Shown here piece by piece: positions 43,584 to 54,616 of a stretch of 64,000 bases of DNA. Location of the stretch: the NCBI GenBank assembly GCA_964202905.1, contig CAXNJO010000006.1:64001-128000 (forward strand), written 5' to 3'. The first letter of the stretch is position 1. Each line of letters starts with the position of its first letter. The notes under the pieces were generated by a model, which saw only the letters and a program-made list of their open reading frames with translations, did no database searches and was not told the origin of the DNA. The stretch comes from Polyangiales bacterium. Lineage in GTDB: Bacteria; Myxococcota_A; Polyangia; Polyangiales; JADJQN01. The position numbers and the translations under genes are program-made.

Positions 43584-44951
43584 TCACGGCCCAGCGGGCG
43601 GCGATGCGGGCGCCGCGGAGGCCGGCTGCGCGAGGAGGACCGCGCGCTCGATCGGGTCGAAGGTCACGACCAGCTGGCCGAGCACGTGCAGCCCGAGCAT
43701 CCCATCGATGCGCGTCCCCGCGACGCGGGCGAGCGCGTCGGGGACGACGCCGACGACGGCCGGGACGCCCTCGACGACGGTGTCGCCGAGGCGCAACGCG
43801 GCGAGCGCGTAGAGGGTGATCCCCTCGGGCGTGCCCGGCGGCGTCGGCAAAGGACGCGAGGTGACGCCCTCCGCGTGGATGGCGCGCGCGGTGAGCGCGA
43901 CCGGGAGCGCGGCCGACGAGTCGAGCGCGAAGAAGGTCGCCGGTGCGGCGTCGATGGCGCCGCGGACCGCGAGCAGCGAGCCCTCGAACGCGTAGAGGTC
44001 GAGCCGCTGCGCGCCGGCCGCGGGCGGTGGTGCGGGGCGCGCGCGGAACGTCACCGCGCGTCCGGGGCCATCGAGCGTCGCGTGGAGCCGGAGCAGGAGA
44101 TCCGCGCCGACGACCGCGGCGATCTCCGTGCCTGCGGCCGCAGAGACGTCGGCGAGGTCGCGGGCGAGCGCGGGGACGCCCTCGACGACGAGCCCGCCGA
44201 GCGCGACGCGGCCGAGCAGCGTGCCGCCGCGCGCGAGCGCGTCGTCGACGACGGTGAGGCCCGCGGCCGTGGACACGAGCGCGTGGACGCGGCGACCGTC
44301 GATCTCGAGCGCGATGGTCGCGAGCGCGTCGGGGGCGCGCGCATCGAAGGGAATCGTGGCCTCGGCGTCGCCGGAAATCGCGTACCCCACGCGCCCCGCG
44401 GCCGCGCGGAGGGCGGGGGCGACGGCGGCGGCCCAGCCGTCCTCGGGCGGCGCGCCCGCGACGGAGTCGAGGTCGGCCTGCGCGGCCGCGAGGTCGCCGC
44501 GGCCGAGGTGGGCGCGTGCGCGGAGCCGCACGAGAAGGGGCGCCTGCGCGGCGCCGAGCAGCGAGAGGGCGCGCTCGGGATCGAGCCGTGCGAGCGCGAC
44601 GCGCGCGGCGACCTCGAGGGCGCGCGTGTCCCCGGGGTCGAGCTGGAGCGCGCTGTCGGCGGCGGTCGCGGCGCGCGCGAGATCGCCCTCGAGGTACGCG
44701 GCGACGGCGCGATCCCGCCAGCGGCGATCCGAGGGCGGCGCCTCCGCGACGTGCGCGACCGTGGCCGTGCGCGGGGACGCGCCGCCGCAGGCCGCGAGCA
44801 GGCCCGCGAGCGCGGCGCACGACGCGACGAGGCGGGATGGCGCGGGACGCGCTCGGCCGTGCGTCCCGGGGGCGCGCGGCGTGCAGGGCGTCGCGTCGAG
44901 GGCGGGAGTCGGGCGCACCGCGGTGGCGTGTCGGGGACGGTCGGCGATCAT
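43584..44951 (-). CDS. Lipoprotein with TPRs and two tandem retropepsin-like (aspartyl protease) domains with degenerate active sites
   Basis: GAGGAG RBS before the ATG at 44951; lipobox LAAC. Domain 1 is ALVSTAA...VVGADLL; domain 2 is FALDSSA...DGMLGLHVL. Confidence 0.75.
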   Translation of the reverse strand: MIADRPRHATAVRPTPALDATPCTPRAPGTHGRARPAPSRLVASCAALAGLLAACGGASPRTATVAHVAEAPPSDRRWRDRAVAAYLEGDLARAATAADSALQLDPGDTRALEVAARVALARLDPERALSLLGAAQAPLLVRLRARAHLGRGDLAAAQADLDSVAGAPPEDGWAAAVAPALRAAAGRVGYAISGDAEATIPFDARAPDALATIALEIDGRRVHALVSTAAGLTVVDDALARGGTLLGRVALGGLVVEGVPALARDLADVSAAAGTEIAAVVGADLLLRLHATLDGPGRAVTFRARPAPPPAAGAQRLDLYAFEGSLLAVRGAIDAAPATFFALDSSAALPVALTARAIHAEGVTSRPLPTPPGTPEGITLYALAALRLGDTVVEGVPAVVGVVPDALARVAGTRIDGMLGLHVLGQLVVTFDPIERAVLLAQPASAAPASPPAGP

Positions 44952-45017
44952 CGGAGCTCCTCGCGCGCGCGGCATCGCGCCGTGCCGCGCGATGCGGGTG
45001 TAGCGCGGGACGAGGGC

Positions 45018-45896
45018 TCATGTCGCCGGCGGCGCGACGACCTCCGCCCAGAGGATCCGATCGCCGCGGAGACGCCGCGTGCAGCGGGCGCGCAAGAGGC
45101 GGCCCTCGACGTGCGGCGGCTCGAGCAGGCGGATGGCGAGCACGTCTTCCGTCGCGTTGCGGCGCGGCACGCGGTAGCAGACGCGGGCGTGCCCCGTCGT
45201 CGCCGCGGCCTGCGTGAGCACGCGCCGCACGTCGTCGCGCATCGAGGCGTGCGCCTCGCCCGCGCGCACCTGCCAGAGGGCGCGCGCCGTCGGGGCGCGC
45301 AACGCGGCCGCGAGGTGCGCGAAGAGCGCGGCCGTCGTGATGACGTCGCTGAGCGCGCGGTGCGTCGGGGCCGGAAGACGCAGCGCGCCCGCGAGCGCCG
45401 CGAGCCGATAGGACGGCAGGCAGAGCGCGCGCCGCGCCAGCACGAGCGTGTCGATCGCCCACGCCGGAGGCGTCGGGAGTTCGCCGCGCACCGCGGCCTC
45501 GTGCAGGAACGCGACGTCGGCGGCGAGCCCGTGCCCGACGAGCACCGCGCCGTCGAGCAGCCCGGCGAGGGCCGGCGCGAGCGACGCGAGCGGTGGCGCG
45601 GTCGAGAGCGTCGCGTCGTCGAGGCCGTGGATGTGCTGCGACCCCCCGACGCGCGAGGCGGGCCGCACGAGCGAGTTCAGCTCCCCCTCGACGACGCCGC
45701 CGCGCACGCGGCGCACGGCGAGCTCGCAGATGTGGTGAGCGCGCGCGTCGAGCCCCGTGAATTCCAGGTCGAGGAAGGCGAGGGGGGCCTCGCCGAGGGG
45801 CAGATCCCAGGGCGCGCCCGCGGGTGGCGCGGCCGCGTCGACGGGCGGCTCGAGGGCCGCGGGGCCGTCTCCGGGATCGGGGTTCGTGTCCGCCAC
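45018..45896 (-). CDS. DEDDh 3'-5' exonuclease (DnaQ-like) with a C-terminal WYL-like domain
   Basis: ExoI FLDLEFTG, ExoII GHGLAAD and ExoIII HRALSDV. C-terminus ARVCYR...HVEGRLLRARCTRRLRGDRIL resembles the WYL 'RTFRLDRI' signature. GTG at 45896. Confidence 0.85.
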   Translation of the reverse strand: MADTNPDPGDGPAALEPPVDAAAPPAGAPWDLPLGEAPLAFLDLEFTGLDARAHHICELAVRRVRGGVVEGELNSLVRPASRVGGSQHIHGLDDATLSTAPPLASLAPALAGLLDGAVLVGHGLAADVAFLHEAAVRGELPTPPAWAIDTLVLARRALCLPSYRLAALAGALRLPAPTHRALSDVITTAALFAHLAAALRAPTARALWQVRAGEAHASMRDDVRRVLTQAAATTGHARVCYRVPRRNATEDVLAIRLLEPPHVEGRLLRARCTRRLRGDRILWAEVVAPPAT

Positions 45897-45928
45897 GTAC
45901 GGGCTCGCAGTGGACGCGGCGCGCCCGG

Positions 45929-48900
45929 TCAGACCTCGCCGAGCTCGCGGAGGAAGTCGTCGGCCTCGGTGAGGCCGGGGTCCTCCTCCTTGGCCTTCCG
46001 CGTCCAGAGGACCGCGCGGCGGGTGTCCGCCTTCTGGTGCGCGAGCTGCGCCTGCCGGAGGAAGGCGACCGCCCGCGACATGCGGCCCGTCTGCTTCATC
46101 AGCGTGATGGCGCGGAGCGCCTTCGACGCGGTCTCCGAGTCGCCGAGCGCCATGGCGAGCTCCGCGAGATCCGCGGCGATGTCGCCGCTGTTCTTGTCGC
46201 TCTCGAGCGCGACCTTGTACCACTCGAGCTCCGTGTCGCGCGCGCCGGCGGCCCCGGCGAGCCGCGCCATGCGCTGCTGGAGCATCGCGAGTTCGGGGGT
46301 GCGCCGCTTGCCGTGGGCGGCGATCGCCACCTCGAGCAGCTGGCCCGCCTCCGCGTGCGCGCCCGTCGCGGTGTACGCGTCGACGAGCGCGACGGTGACC
46401 TCGTGGTCCTCGGGGCGCAGGTCGTACGCGGCCACGAGCGGCGCGAGCGCGCTCGCCGGGTCGTCCGCCCGCGCGAGCAGCGCGCCCGCGCGCCGGAGCG
46501 CATCGAAGCGCGCGTCGGCGTCGGGCGTCGACTCCGCGTCGGAGAGCAGCACCACGGCGAGCTCGCGGTCCGCGCCGAGCGCGGTGTAGAGGGACCGCAG
46601 CCGCTCGCGGACGCGCTCGTCCGCCGGCTGCGCGAAGAAGACGTGCTCGAGCCCGGCGCGCGCGGCGTCGGGCTGGCCGAGCGCGGTGGCGGCCGCGTCG
46701 AGGCGCAGCGCAGCCTCGACCTGCGCGTCGCCCTCCTCGAGCTGGACGAGCTGGTTGCAGGCGTCGATGACCTCCTGCCAGCGCTCGCCCGCCGCGTCGA
46801 GATCGACGAGCGCCCGCAACGCCTCGATGTCGCTCGGCGATCGCGCGATCCACGCCGCGAGCGCGTCGCGGGCGCGCGTGCCCTCGCCGTGTGCGCCGAG
46901 GAGTGCGACGAGCCGGAAAGTGAGCCCCCGCTCGGCGTCGTGCGCGCCCTGCGTCGCGGCTCGCTCGAGGGCGAGCGCGAGCCCGTGCGCGAGCGCGTCG
47001 GCGGCCTCGACACCGACGAGCGCGTACGCCTCCTCGAGGTCGCGCAGCGCCGCGTCGTCGTCCCCGCCTCGCGCGTGCAGGGCCGCACGCTCGCGGAGCA
47101 GCGCGGCGCGTGCCGCGCCCTCCGGGCCCCGCGCGAGGGCCGCGTCGACGGGTCCGCGCGCGGCCTCGAGCGCCCCCGCGGCGAGGTGCGCGGCGACGAG
47201 CTCGGCGAGCAGCGCGTGATCGTCGGGCTGCAGCGCGAGGGCCGCGCCGAGCGCCTCGGCCGCGCGTGCGGCGTCGTCGAGGCGATCGCGGTAGAGCGCC
47301 GCCGCCTCGCGGTGGAAGGCGACCGCCCGCGGCGCGTCGTCGCTGCGCTGTGCGTCGAGGGAGAGCATCGCGGCGAGGCGCGCGTGGTCGTCGCGCTCGC
47401 GGTACCAGGCGTCGAGCCGCGCGCGCAGCCCTTCCTCGCCGGGGGCCGCGCGGTGTCCGGTCGCGAGCGCCTGCTCGGCCGCCGCCTCGTCCTCGAGGGT
47501 GAGGTGCAGGTCGGCGAGCGCGAGCGCGAGCGCGGCCGACGAGGCGCCCGAGTCGATCGCGAGGAGGCGCTCCATGGCCTCCGCACGGTCGCGCGGATGG
47601 GCGTCGGGCCCGAGCAGCTCGAGCAGGAGCGCGAGCAGCGCGCGCTCGGTCGGGGCGAAGTCGAGCGCCGAGCGCACGGCGTCGAGGGAGTCGTCGCGCC
47701 GCGCTTCGACGCGGTAGAGCGCGACGAGGCGCAGCGTGAGGTCGACCACGCCTGCGGCATCGCCGCGGTCCTTCGCGGCGTCGAGCTGCCGCTCGACCAG
47801 CTCGAGGAGCTCCGTCGAGCTGCCGAGCCGCGTGAGCACCTCGCCGAGCAGCGCAGCGGCCTCGGCGTGGCTCGGGTCCTCGCCGAGGATCTCCCGCAGC
47901 TGGCCCGTGGCCTCCGCGTCGCGCCCCTGATCGAGCAGGAAGTGCGTCAGCTCGAGCCTCACCGCGTTGCGCTCTGCCGGAACGAGGAGCGCGTCGAGCG
48001 TGCCCGCGACATGCGCGGTGAGCCGCGCCGCGTCGCCGATGCGTCGATAGACGCCGAGCAGGGGCTGCCAGACCGCGCGGTCCGCCGGATCGCGTTCCCG
48101 CAGGCGCTCCCAGGTCGCAGCCGCGATCTCGAGGTCACCGTCGGCGCCCTCCGCGGCCTGCGCGAGTTGCACGCCGAGCGCGAACGCGTCGTCCGGATGG
48201 GCCGCGTCGAACGCCTCACCCAACCAGCGCAGCGCCGTGGCCGTGTCACCCGCGGCGAGACGACGCGCCGCGAGCTCCGTCGCCGTCCACAGCGCGCTCG
48301 CGAGGCCCTCCGCGCTGCCGCGCGCGAGCGCCACGCCGCGCTCGAGCAGTCGCTCGGCGCGCGCGTCCTGCGCGAGGGACGTCGCGGCATCGACGCCTTC
48401 GCGGATCTCCGCGAGCGTCGCGCCGTCGCGTCCCGCGCGGAGTTCGAGGTAGTCGAGCAGGATCGCGGCGTCCCGCGCCTGCCGCGCGACGCGCTCGAAC
48501 GTGGCGAGAACCCGCTCGCCGCCCGTCGCCGCGGCCCCGCTCAGGATCGCGCCCGCGCGCGCCCAGCGCGGATCGGCCGCGAGACCGCGGTCGAGCAGGT
48601 CGAGGCCCTCCTCGAGCGCCGCCTCGTCGGCGGGCGCGGCGAGCCGGAGCTCGGCGAGCCGATAGAGCGCGTCGGTCGTCGGGCCGCCCGCGTCGTCCAC
48701 GACGATGAGCGCGAGCACGCGCAGCTCCTCGGCCGTGTCCCCCGAGCGACCCGCGACCCGCGCGAGCGCGAGCCGGGCCTCGCCCGCGAGGTCGCCGCCC
48801 TGCTCGACGCGCGCGTAGATCGCGGCGGCCTGCGCGGCATCGCCGAGATCCTCCTCGAGGACGGCGCCGAGGTCCAGCAGCGTGCGGGCCATCGCCTCGT

Positions 48901-51900
48901 GGTCCTCCGCGCGGCGCTGTTGCTCGGCCTGCGCTTGGAGGGCCGCGACGTAGTCCGCGGCGCGCGCCGTCCGCCGTGCGAGGGCGCGCGTGGCCGCGTG
49001 GAGCGTCTCGTCCGCCGGGGTGAGCGCGAGCGCCTCGAGGCGGGCGTCGAGCGCCGCGTCGAGGAGCCCGAGCCGGTGCTCGAGCAGGTCGGCGAGGGCA
49101 CCGAGGAGGGGCGCGCGCTCGGTCGGATCCGTCGCGGCGGCGAGGCGCTGCTCGAGGACGCGCCGGGCGAGCGCATGCGCGTCGCGGGCGGCGAGGGCGC
49201 GCACGAAACGAAGGGCTTCGAGGTCGCTCTGCGCGGCGGCGGCGACCGCGGACTCGATCAGCTCGCGGGACTGCTCGTCCTGCCCGCGCTTGGCGGCGAG
49301 GCGCGAGAGCTCGAGCTGCACCTCGGGGACGCCGACCGCGTCGAGCGAGTCATCCTGTGCCTTGCGCGCGTGGAGCAGCAGCGCGCGGTACGCGCGCTCG
49401 GCGCGATCGAGCTGCCCGGCCTCGCCCGCGAGCCCGCCGAGCTCGAGCATCACGCCCGCGTTCCCGGCGTCCATCGACGCGGCGAGGTCGAGCTGTTCGA
49501 GCGCCGCCTCGGTTTCGCCACGCGCCCGCGCGACCTTCGCGAGCTGGAAGTGGAACGCGGCGCGCTCCGGCGTGCGGCGCCGTCCGAACTCGGCGACGAG
49601 CGCGTCGAGCACCGCCCGCGCCTCGTCGAGCCGACCGCTCGCCCGGTAGCCCTCGGCGAGCGTGCGCTTGAGCGCGCGGTCTTCCGGCGCGAGCTGCGCC
49701 GCCTGCTCGAGCAGCGGCACGGCGAGCTCGGTCTTGCGGAGTCGGGTGACGTAGATGTCCGCGGCCTCGCGCAGCCGCTCGAGCCGCACGGCGTCGTCCG
49801 CGATCTGCGCGGCGTCCTCGGCGAGCAGGCGCCCGAGCGGGGCCCACGCCTGCTGCTCGCGGTAGAGCCGCGCGAGCAGCGTGCGCACCTCGGCGTTCGC
49901 CGGGTCGTCCGCGAAGGATGTCTCGAGGCGCTGCACGGCGCGGTCGCGCTGACCTGCGGCGAGCAGCGCGTCGGCGAGGCGCAGCGACGTCGCGGTGCGC
50001 TCCTCGCCCTCGCTCGAGGCGAGCCGGCGCTCGATCCAATCGACGGCGGCGCGGTGCTCGCCGCGCCCCGCGTGCAGCCGCGCGAGCGCGTCGAGCGCGG
50101 CGGTCGAGGGCGCGAGCGCGACGACCTTGCGCAGCGTGACGAGGGCGCGCGGGACGTCCCGCAGATCGTGCTCGGCGAGCTCGGCGACCGCGCCCCACAG
50201 CGCGGCGCCGCGCGTGGCGTCGCCCGCCTTCTCGACGCGCTGCGCCTGCGCCGTCAGCAGCTCGGCGAGCGCACCGAAGGCGTGCTTCTCCCGCAGCAGC
50301 GCGGTGATCGCGGCGATCGAGGCCGCGTGCCCGGGCTGCTCCTCGAGGTTCGCCTCGAGCGCCTCGAGCCGCCCGCCGCGGGCCTCGAGCTCCCCGACGA
50401 GCCGCGCGATGTCGAGGCGCATCGCGAGCCTGCGCGCGGGATCCGTCGTCGCGGCGAGTGCGCGCTTGCGCAGCGCGAGCAGGTCGGAGAGCCGCTCCTC
50501 CTGCTCGAAGAGCGCAGCGAGCTGCGCGAGCGCGTCGGCGTCGTCGGGCGTCTCCTCGAGCACGCCGCGGTAGAGGTCGATGGCGCGCGCGCGATCGCCG
50601 AGCGGACCGGCCGCGAGGCCGGCTGCGCGCACCCGCATCGCCCGCGTCTCCGCGGCCGCGAGCGGCAGCGTCGCGCCCTCGAGCAGCAGCGCGTAGACGG
50701 CGCGCGTCTCGCCCGCCGCGTCGCGCTGCGCGAGCAGCCGCGCGTGGGCCCAGGCGGCGGTCTCGCCGATCGCGTCGCTCGCGGACGCGCCGTCGCGGCG
50801 CAGCAGCAGCGTCGCGCGTTCGTAGAGGCGCGTGAGCGTCTCGCGCGCGAGCGCCGCATCGTCGAGCGCACCGAGCGCGAGCGTCGCCGCCTCGCGGAGC
50901 GCGTCGACGTCGCCCGGCGCGAGCTGGGCGAGCCGCACGAGCGCGTCGTGCAGCTCGCGGGACGGCGCCGAACGGAGCAGCGCGACGAGCGCGCGGAGGG
51001 AGCCGATGTCCTCCGCGTCGTGCGCGAGCGCGCGGCGGAGCGCGTGCGCGGCCGCGCTCGTGTCCCCGAGGCGGTCGCGGTGCCACGCGGCGACGCGCTG
51101 CTCGAGGTCGCGGCGCTGCGTCGCGCCGAGCCCGTCCGTCTGCGCGACGCCGTCGGCGACGCCCCCCGCGAGGGTGGCCCAGCGGCCGGACTGCGCCGCT
51201 GCCTCCTCGACCGCCGAGAGCAACCCGGCATCGACGCGGCCGGTCTCGCCCGCGAGCGCGAAGACGCGCGCGATCGCCGTCTCGAGGTCGTCGCTGCGGA
51301 GCGCGCAGTCGACGACGAGCGCCGCGACGTCCCGCCGCGCGGGCTCCGCGCGGGCGACGCGCTCGGCGAGGTCGCGCGCATGCGTGGTGACGTTCAACGG
51401 CCCGCCGAGCAGCAGGGCGGCGCGCAGCAGGAGCGCGTTGGCGCGCGGCCCCTCGCCGCTCGCGAGCGCGGCCTGCTCGAGGAACTTCGCGGCCACGTCG
51501 TGCGCGCCCGTCGCGTCGGCGAGGCGCAACAGGGAGGCCTCGAGCGCGCCGTCGTCGGGCGAGAGCTTGAGGGCGTCGCCCGTCGCGAGGAGGGCGGCCG
51601 TGAGGTCACCGCGCTCGCGCTCCTCGAGGCGCGCGGCCTCGGCGAGGATGCGCGCACGCTCGGCGTCGCCCGTGGCGAGCTTGAAGCGTGCGTCGACGAG
51701 CGAGAGCAGCCCGGCCCAGTCTCGCGTCGCCTCGTACGCCGCGACGAGGCCCTCGACGGCGGTCGCGCGGGCGCGCTCGTCGGCGAGCAGCGCACCAAGA
51801 CCCTCGCGGGCGAGCGGCAGCGTCGGGTCGGCGCGCAGCGCGTCGCGGAGGGCGCGCGCGGCGCCTGCGGTGTCGCCGAGGCGCTCGCGCAGCACCTCGC

Positions 51901-53715
51901 CGAGCCGCGCGAGCAGCTCGGTGACGCGGGCGGTGTCGCGCGCGCCGGCGCGCGTGAGCAGCGCCGCGAGGTCCGCGTCGCGACCGGCCTGCGCGTAGAG
52001 CGCCGCGAGCGCGTCGACCACCTCGGCGTCCTCGCCGAACGCGGCCGCGAGCTCCGACCACGTGGCGATCGCCGCGTCGACGGCGCCGAGCTCCGTCGCC
52101 TGCAAGTGCGCGATGTGCGCGAGGTCCGCGCGCCGCTGCGGGGCCGGGACGTCGGCCACGATCCGTTGACGCAGTGCGTCAATCGCGGGCGCCCACTGCC
52201 CGGCCTGCACGCGGAGCGTGATCGTGGCGCCGAGGGCCTCGAGGTCGTTGGGGTCGGCGGCGAAGCGACGCGCGTGCGCGTCCAGCGCCCGCTCGGTGTC
52301 GCCGAGCGCGAGCGCCTCGCGTGCCAGCGCCGCGAGCGCATCCCGCCGGCCGGAGGCGCCCGGCTCGAGCGCGGCGAGCCGGTCGAGCGCATCGAGCCGC
52401 TCACGCGCGCGCTCGGGACGCGCGAGCAGCGCCGCGAGGCGCCGCGCTGCGGGCAGCGCCAGCGCGCCGTCTGCGCCGGCGGCGGCGAGCACGTCGGCGC
52501 GCCAGCTGCGCGGCGCCGTCGAGATCGCCGAGCCGCTCCGCGCGGAGCTCCGCCGCGGCCGACAGGAGCGCCACCTTGCGCGCGGTGCGTGACGCGCGCC
52601 GCCGCCGCGAAGCCCTCCGCGAGCCGCGCGTGCGCGCCGGTCGCGTCCGCGAGCGCGTGAAGCTCCGGCTCCGCGGCCGCGTCGTCGGGCGCGAGCGCGA
52701 GCAGCGCGAGCAGCTGCGACATCGCCGCCTCGGGCTGACCCGCCGCCGCGAGTCGCGCGCCCAATTCGCGCCGCAGCGCGCGCTCCTCGGCGCCGTCGCT
52801 CCGACCGAGCGCGAGCTCGAGCACGCGGACCACCTCGGCCTGCCGGCCCTGCTCGTCGTAGCGCGAGCGCAGCAGGGCGAGGGCCCGCTCGCGGACGTTG
52901 GCCTCCGCTTCCGGCGCCGCGAGCACGCGCTCGAGCAGCGGCAGCGCGTGGGCCTCTTCGCCCGCGTCGAGCAGCTGGCGCGTCTCGGCGAGCGCCGCGG
53001 CGGGGTCGTGCAGCCGCGTGAGGTGGCAGTCCGCGATGCGCGCCCGCAGCGACGCGGCCTCGTCCGCCGTGACGCCCGCGGTGATGCGCGACGTCCACAG
53101 GCGGATCAGCGCCTCGAAGCGCTCCTGGCGCTCGAGGAGCCGCTCGAGCGACGCGAAGACTTGGGCGTCTCCCGGGCGCGCGTCGGCGAGCTGCTGCAGA
53201 TAGCCGATCGCGCGCTCGGCATCGGCCGCGAAGTCCTTCGCGACGTTGGCGGCCTCGGCCAGCAGCTCGAGGCGACGCGCGGGCGACGGTGCCGCGGCGA
53301 TGGCGCGATCGTAGAGCGCGAGGAGCTCCGCGAAGCGCGAAGCGGCGGTGAGCGTGATGGCGAGCCGCTCGAGCGGGAAGGTCGCCGTGGGGTCGATCTC
53401 GAGCACGCGCGTCAGCACGCGGACGAGCGCGGGCGCGTCGTCGCCGAACCACTCGGCGTGGAAGCGGGCGGCCCGCTCGCCGAGGGTGAGCGCGAGCGCG
53501 GCGGGGAGCTCCGTCTCGAGCACGGCGACGAAGAGATCGGAGACCTCGTCGGGCCGCTGCAGGTCCGCGGCGCGGGCCTCGAGCGCGTCCCAGCGCTCGG
53601 CGCGGTGCGGCTCGGCGCGCGTGTCGGCGAGGCGCTGCGCGAAGCGCGCGTCCTCCGGGGCTGGGGGGTGTCCACTGCTCTCTCTGGTCTCGCCGGAACG
53701 GGAGTTGGTATCCAT
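45929..53715 (-). CDS. Giant TPR-like alpha-solenoid protein (about 2595 aa, AgmK-like); two apparent frameshifts at about 52581 and 52502
   Basis: The N-terminal part (MDTNSRSG..., ATG at 53715) is in one frame, a 26-codon bridge (RKVALLSAAAELRAERLGDLDGAAQL) is in a second, and the rest (ADVLAAAG...DDFLRELGEV) is in the third. The repeat pattern is continuous across all three. Confidence 0.85.
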
Positions 53716-53834
53716 GATCCCCTTGCATCGACGGCCGGAACGGCCCGCGCCGGCCGACCATACCAGCGCCTCCGGGGATCCGATCACGTCGAATTCCCGA
53801 ATTGCCCAGCCGCTGCGCGTGGCACGCTCGCGCC

Positions 53835-54560
53835 GTGGGTGCAGGTCTCCCGCCTCCGGGTCCCGAGGACGCGCCGCTCGTCGCGGCCGCGCTCCGCGTC
53901 TACCGTAGGTACCAGCGCGAGATCGTCGAGGGGCTCCACCTCTGCCCCTGGGCCGCCCGTGCGCGGCAGGAGGATCGCGTGCGCGAGGCGGTGCTCCTCT
54001 CTCCGCTGCCGGAGGTCGCGCCTGCGGCCGACGCGGTGACCGCGATCGCCGACGCCATGGACGTCGAGATCGGGCTGCTGATCTTCCCGCGCCTGCGCCT
54101 CTCCCGCGGCGAGTTCGAGCGCTTCGTCGGGCTCGTCCGCGAAGAACACACGCGGCGCGAGCAGGCGGCGATGCCGCCCGAACGGCGGCACGGCGGCGGG
54201 CGCCTCGCCATGGCCGCCTTCCACCCGGACGCGGCGCCGGATCTCAGCAAGCCCTCGCGCCTCGTGCCCTTCCTTCGGCGCACGCCCGACCCGACGATCC
54301 AGCTCGTGCGCCTCAGCGCCCTCGACCGCGTCCGCGCGAACGACCCGGCGCACGGCACGGGCGTCGTCGATCTGCGCACGCTCGACCTCGCCGCCTTCCT
54401 CGCGACGCCGCCGCAGCCGCCGATCCACGAGCGCATCGCGGCGCACAACCTCGACACCGTCTCGGGCCTCGGCGCGGACGCCGTCGCCGCGCTCCTCGCG
54501 GACATCCGCCGCGATCGGGACGCGACGTACGCCGCCCTCGGCGAGGCCCCGCCCGCCTGA
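53835..54560 (+). CDS. DUF1415-like protein
   Basis: Motifs IVEGLHLCPWA, AAFHPD, RRTPDPTIQLVR and ERIAAHN. Confidence 0.75.
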   Translation: MGAGLPPPGPEDAPLVAAALRVYRRYQREIVEGLHLCPWAARARQEDRVREAVLLSPLPEVAPAADAVTAIADAMDVEIGLLIFPRLRLSRGEFERFVGLVREEHTRREQAAMPPERRHGGGRLAMAAFHPDAAPDLSKPSRLVPFLRRTPDPTIQLVRLSALDRVRANDPAHGTGVVDLRTLDLAAFLATPPQPPIHERIAAHNLDTVSGLGADAVAALLADIRRDRDATYAALGEAPPA

Positions 54561-54616
54561 CGCCGACCGACGCCGCGCCCACGCCCCGCGGCGCGCCACC
54601 CCCGAGAGCCGAACCC

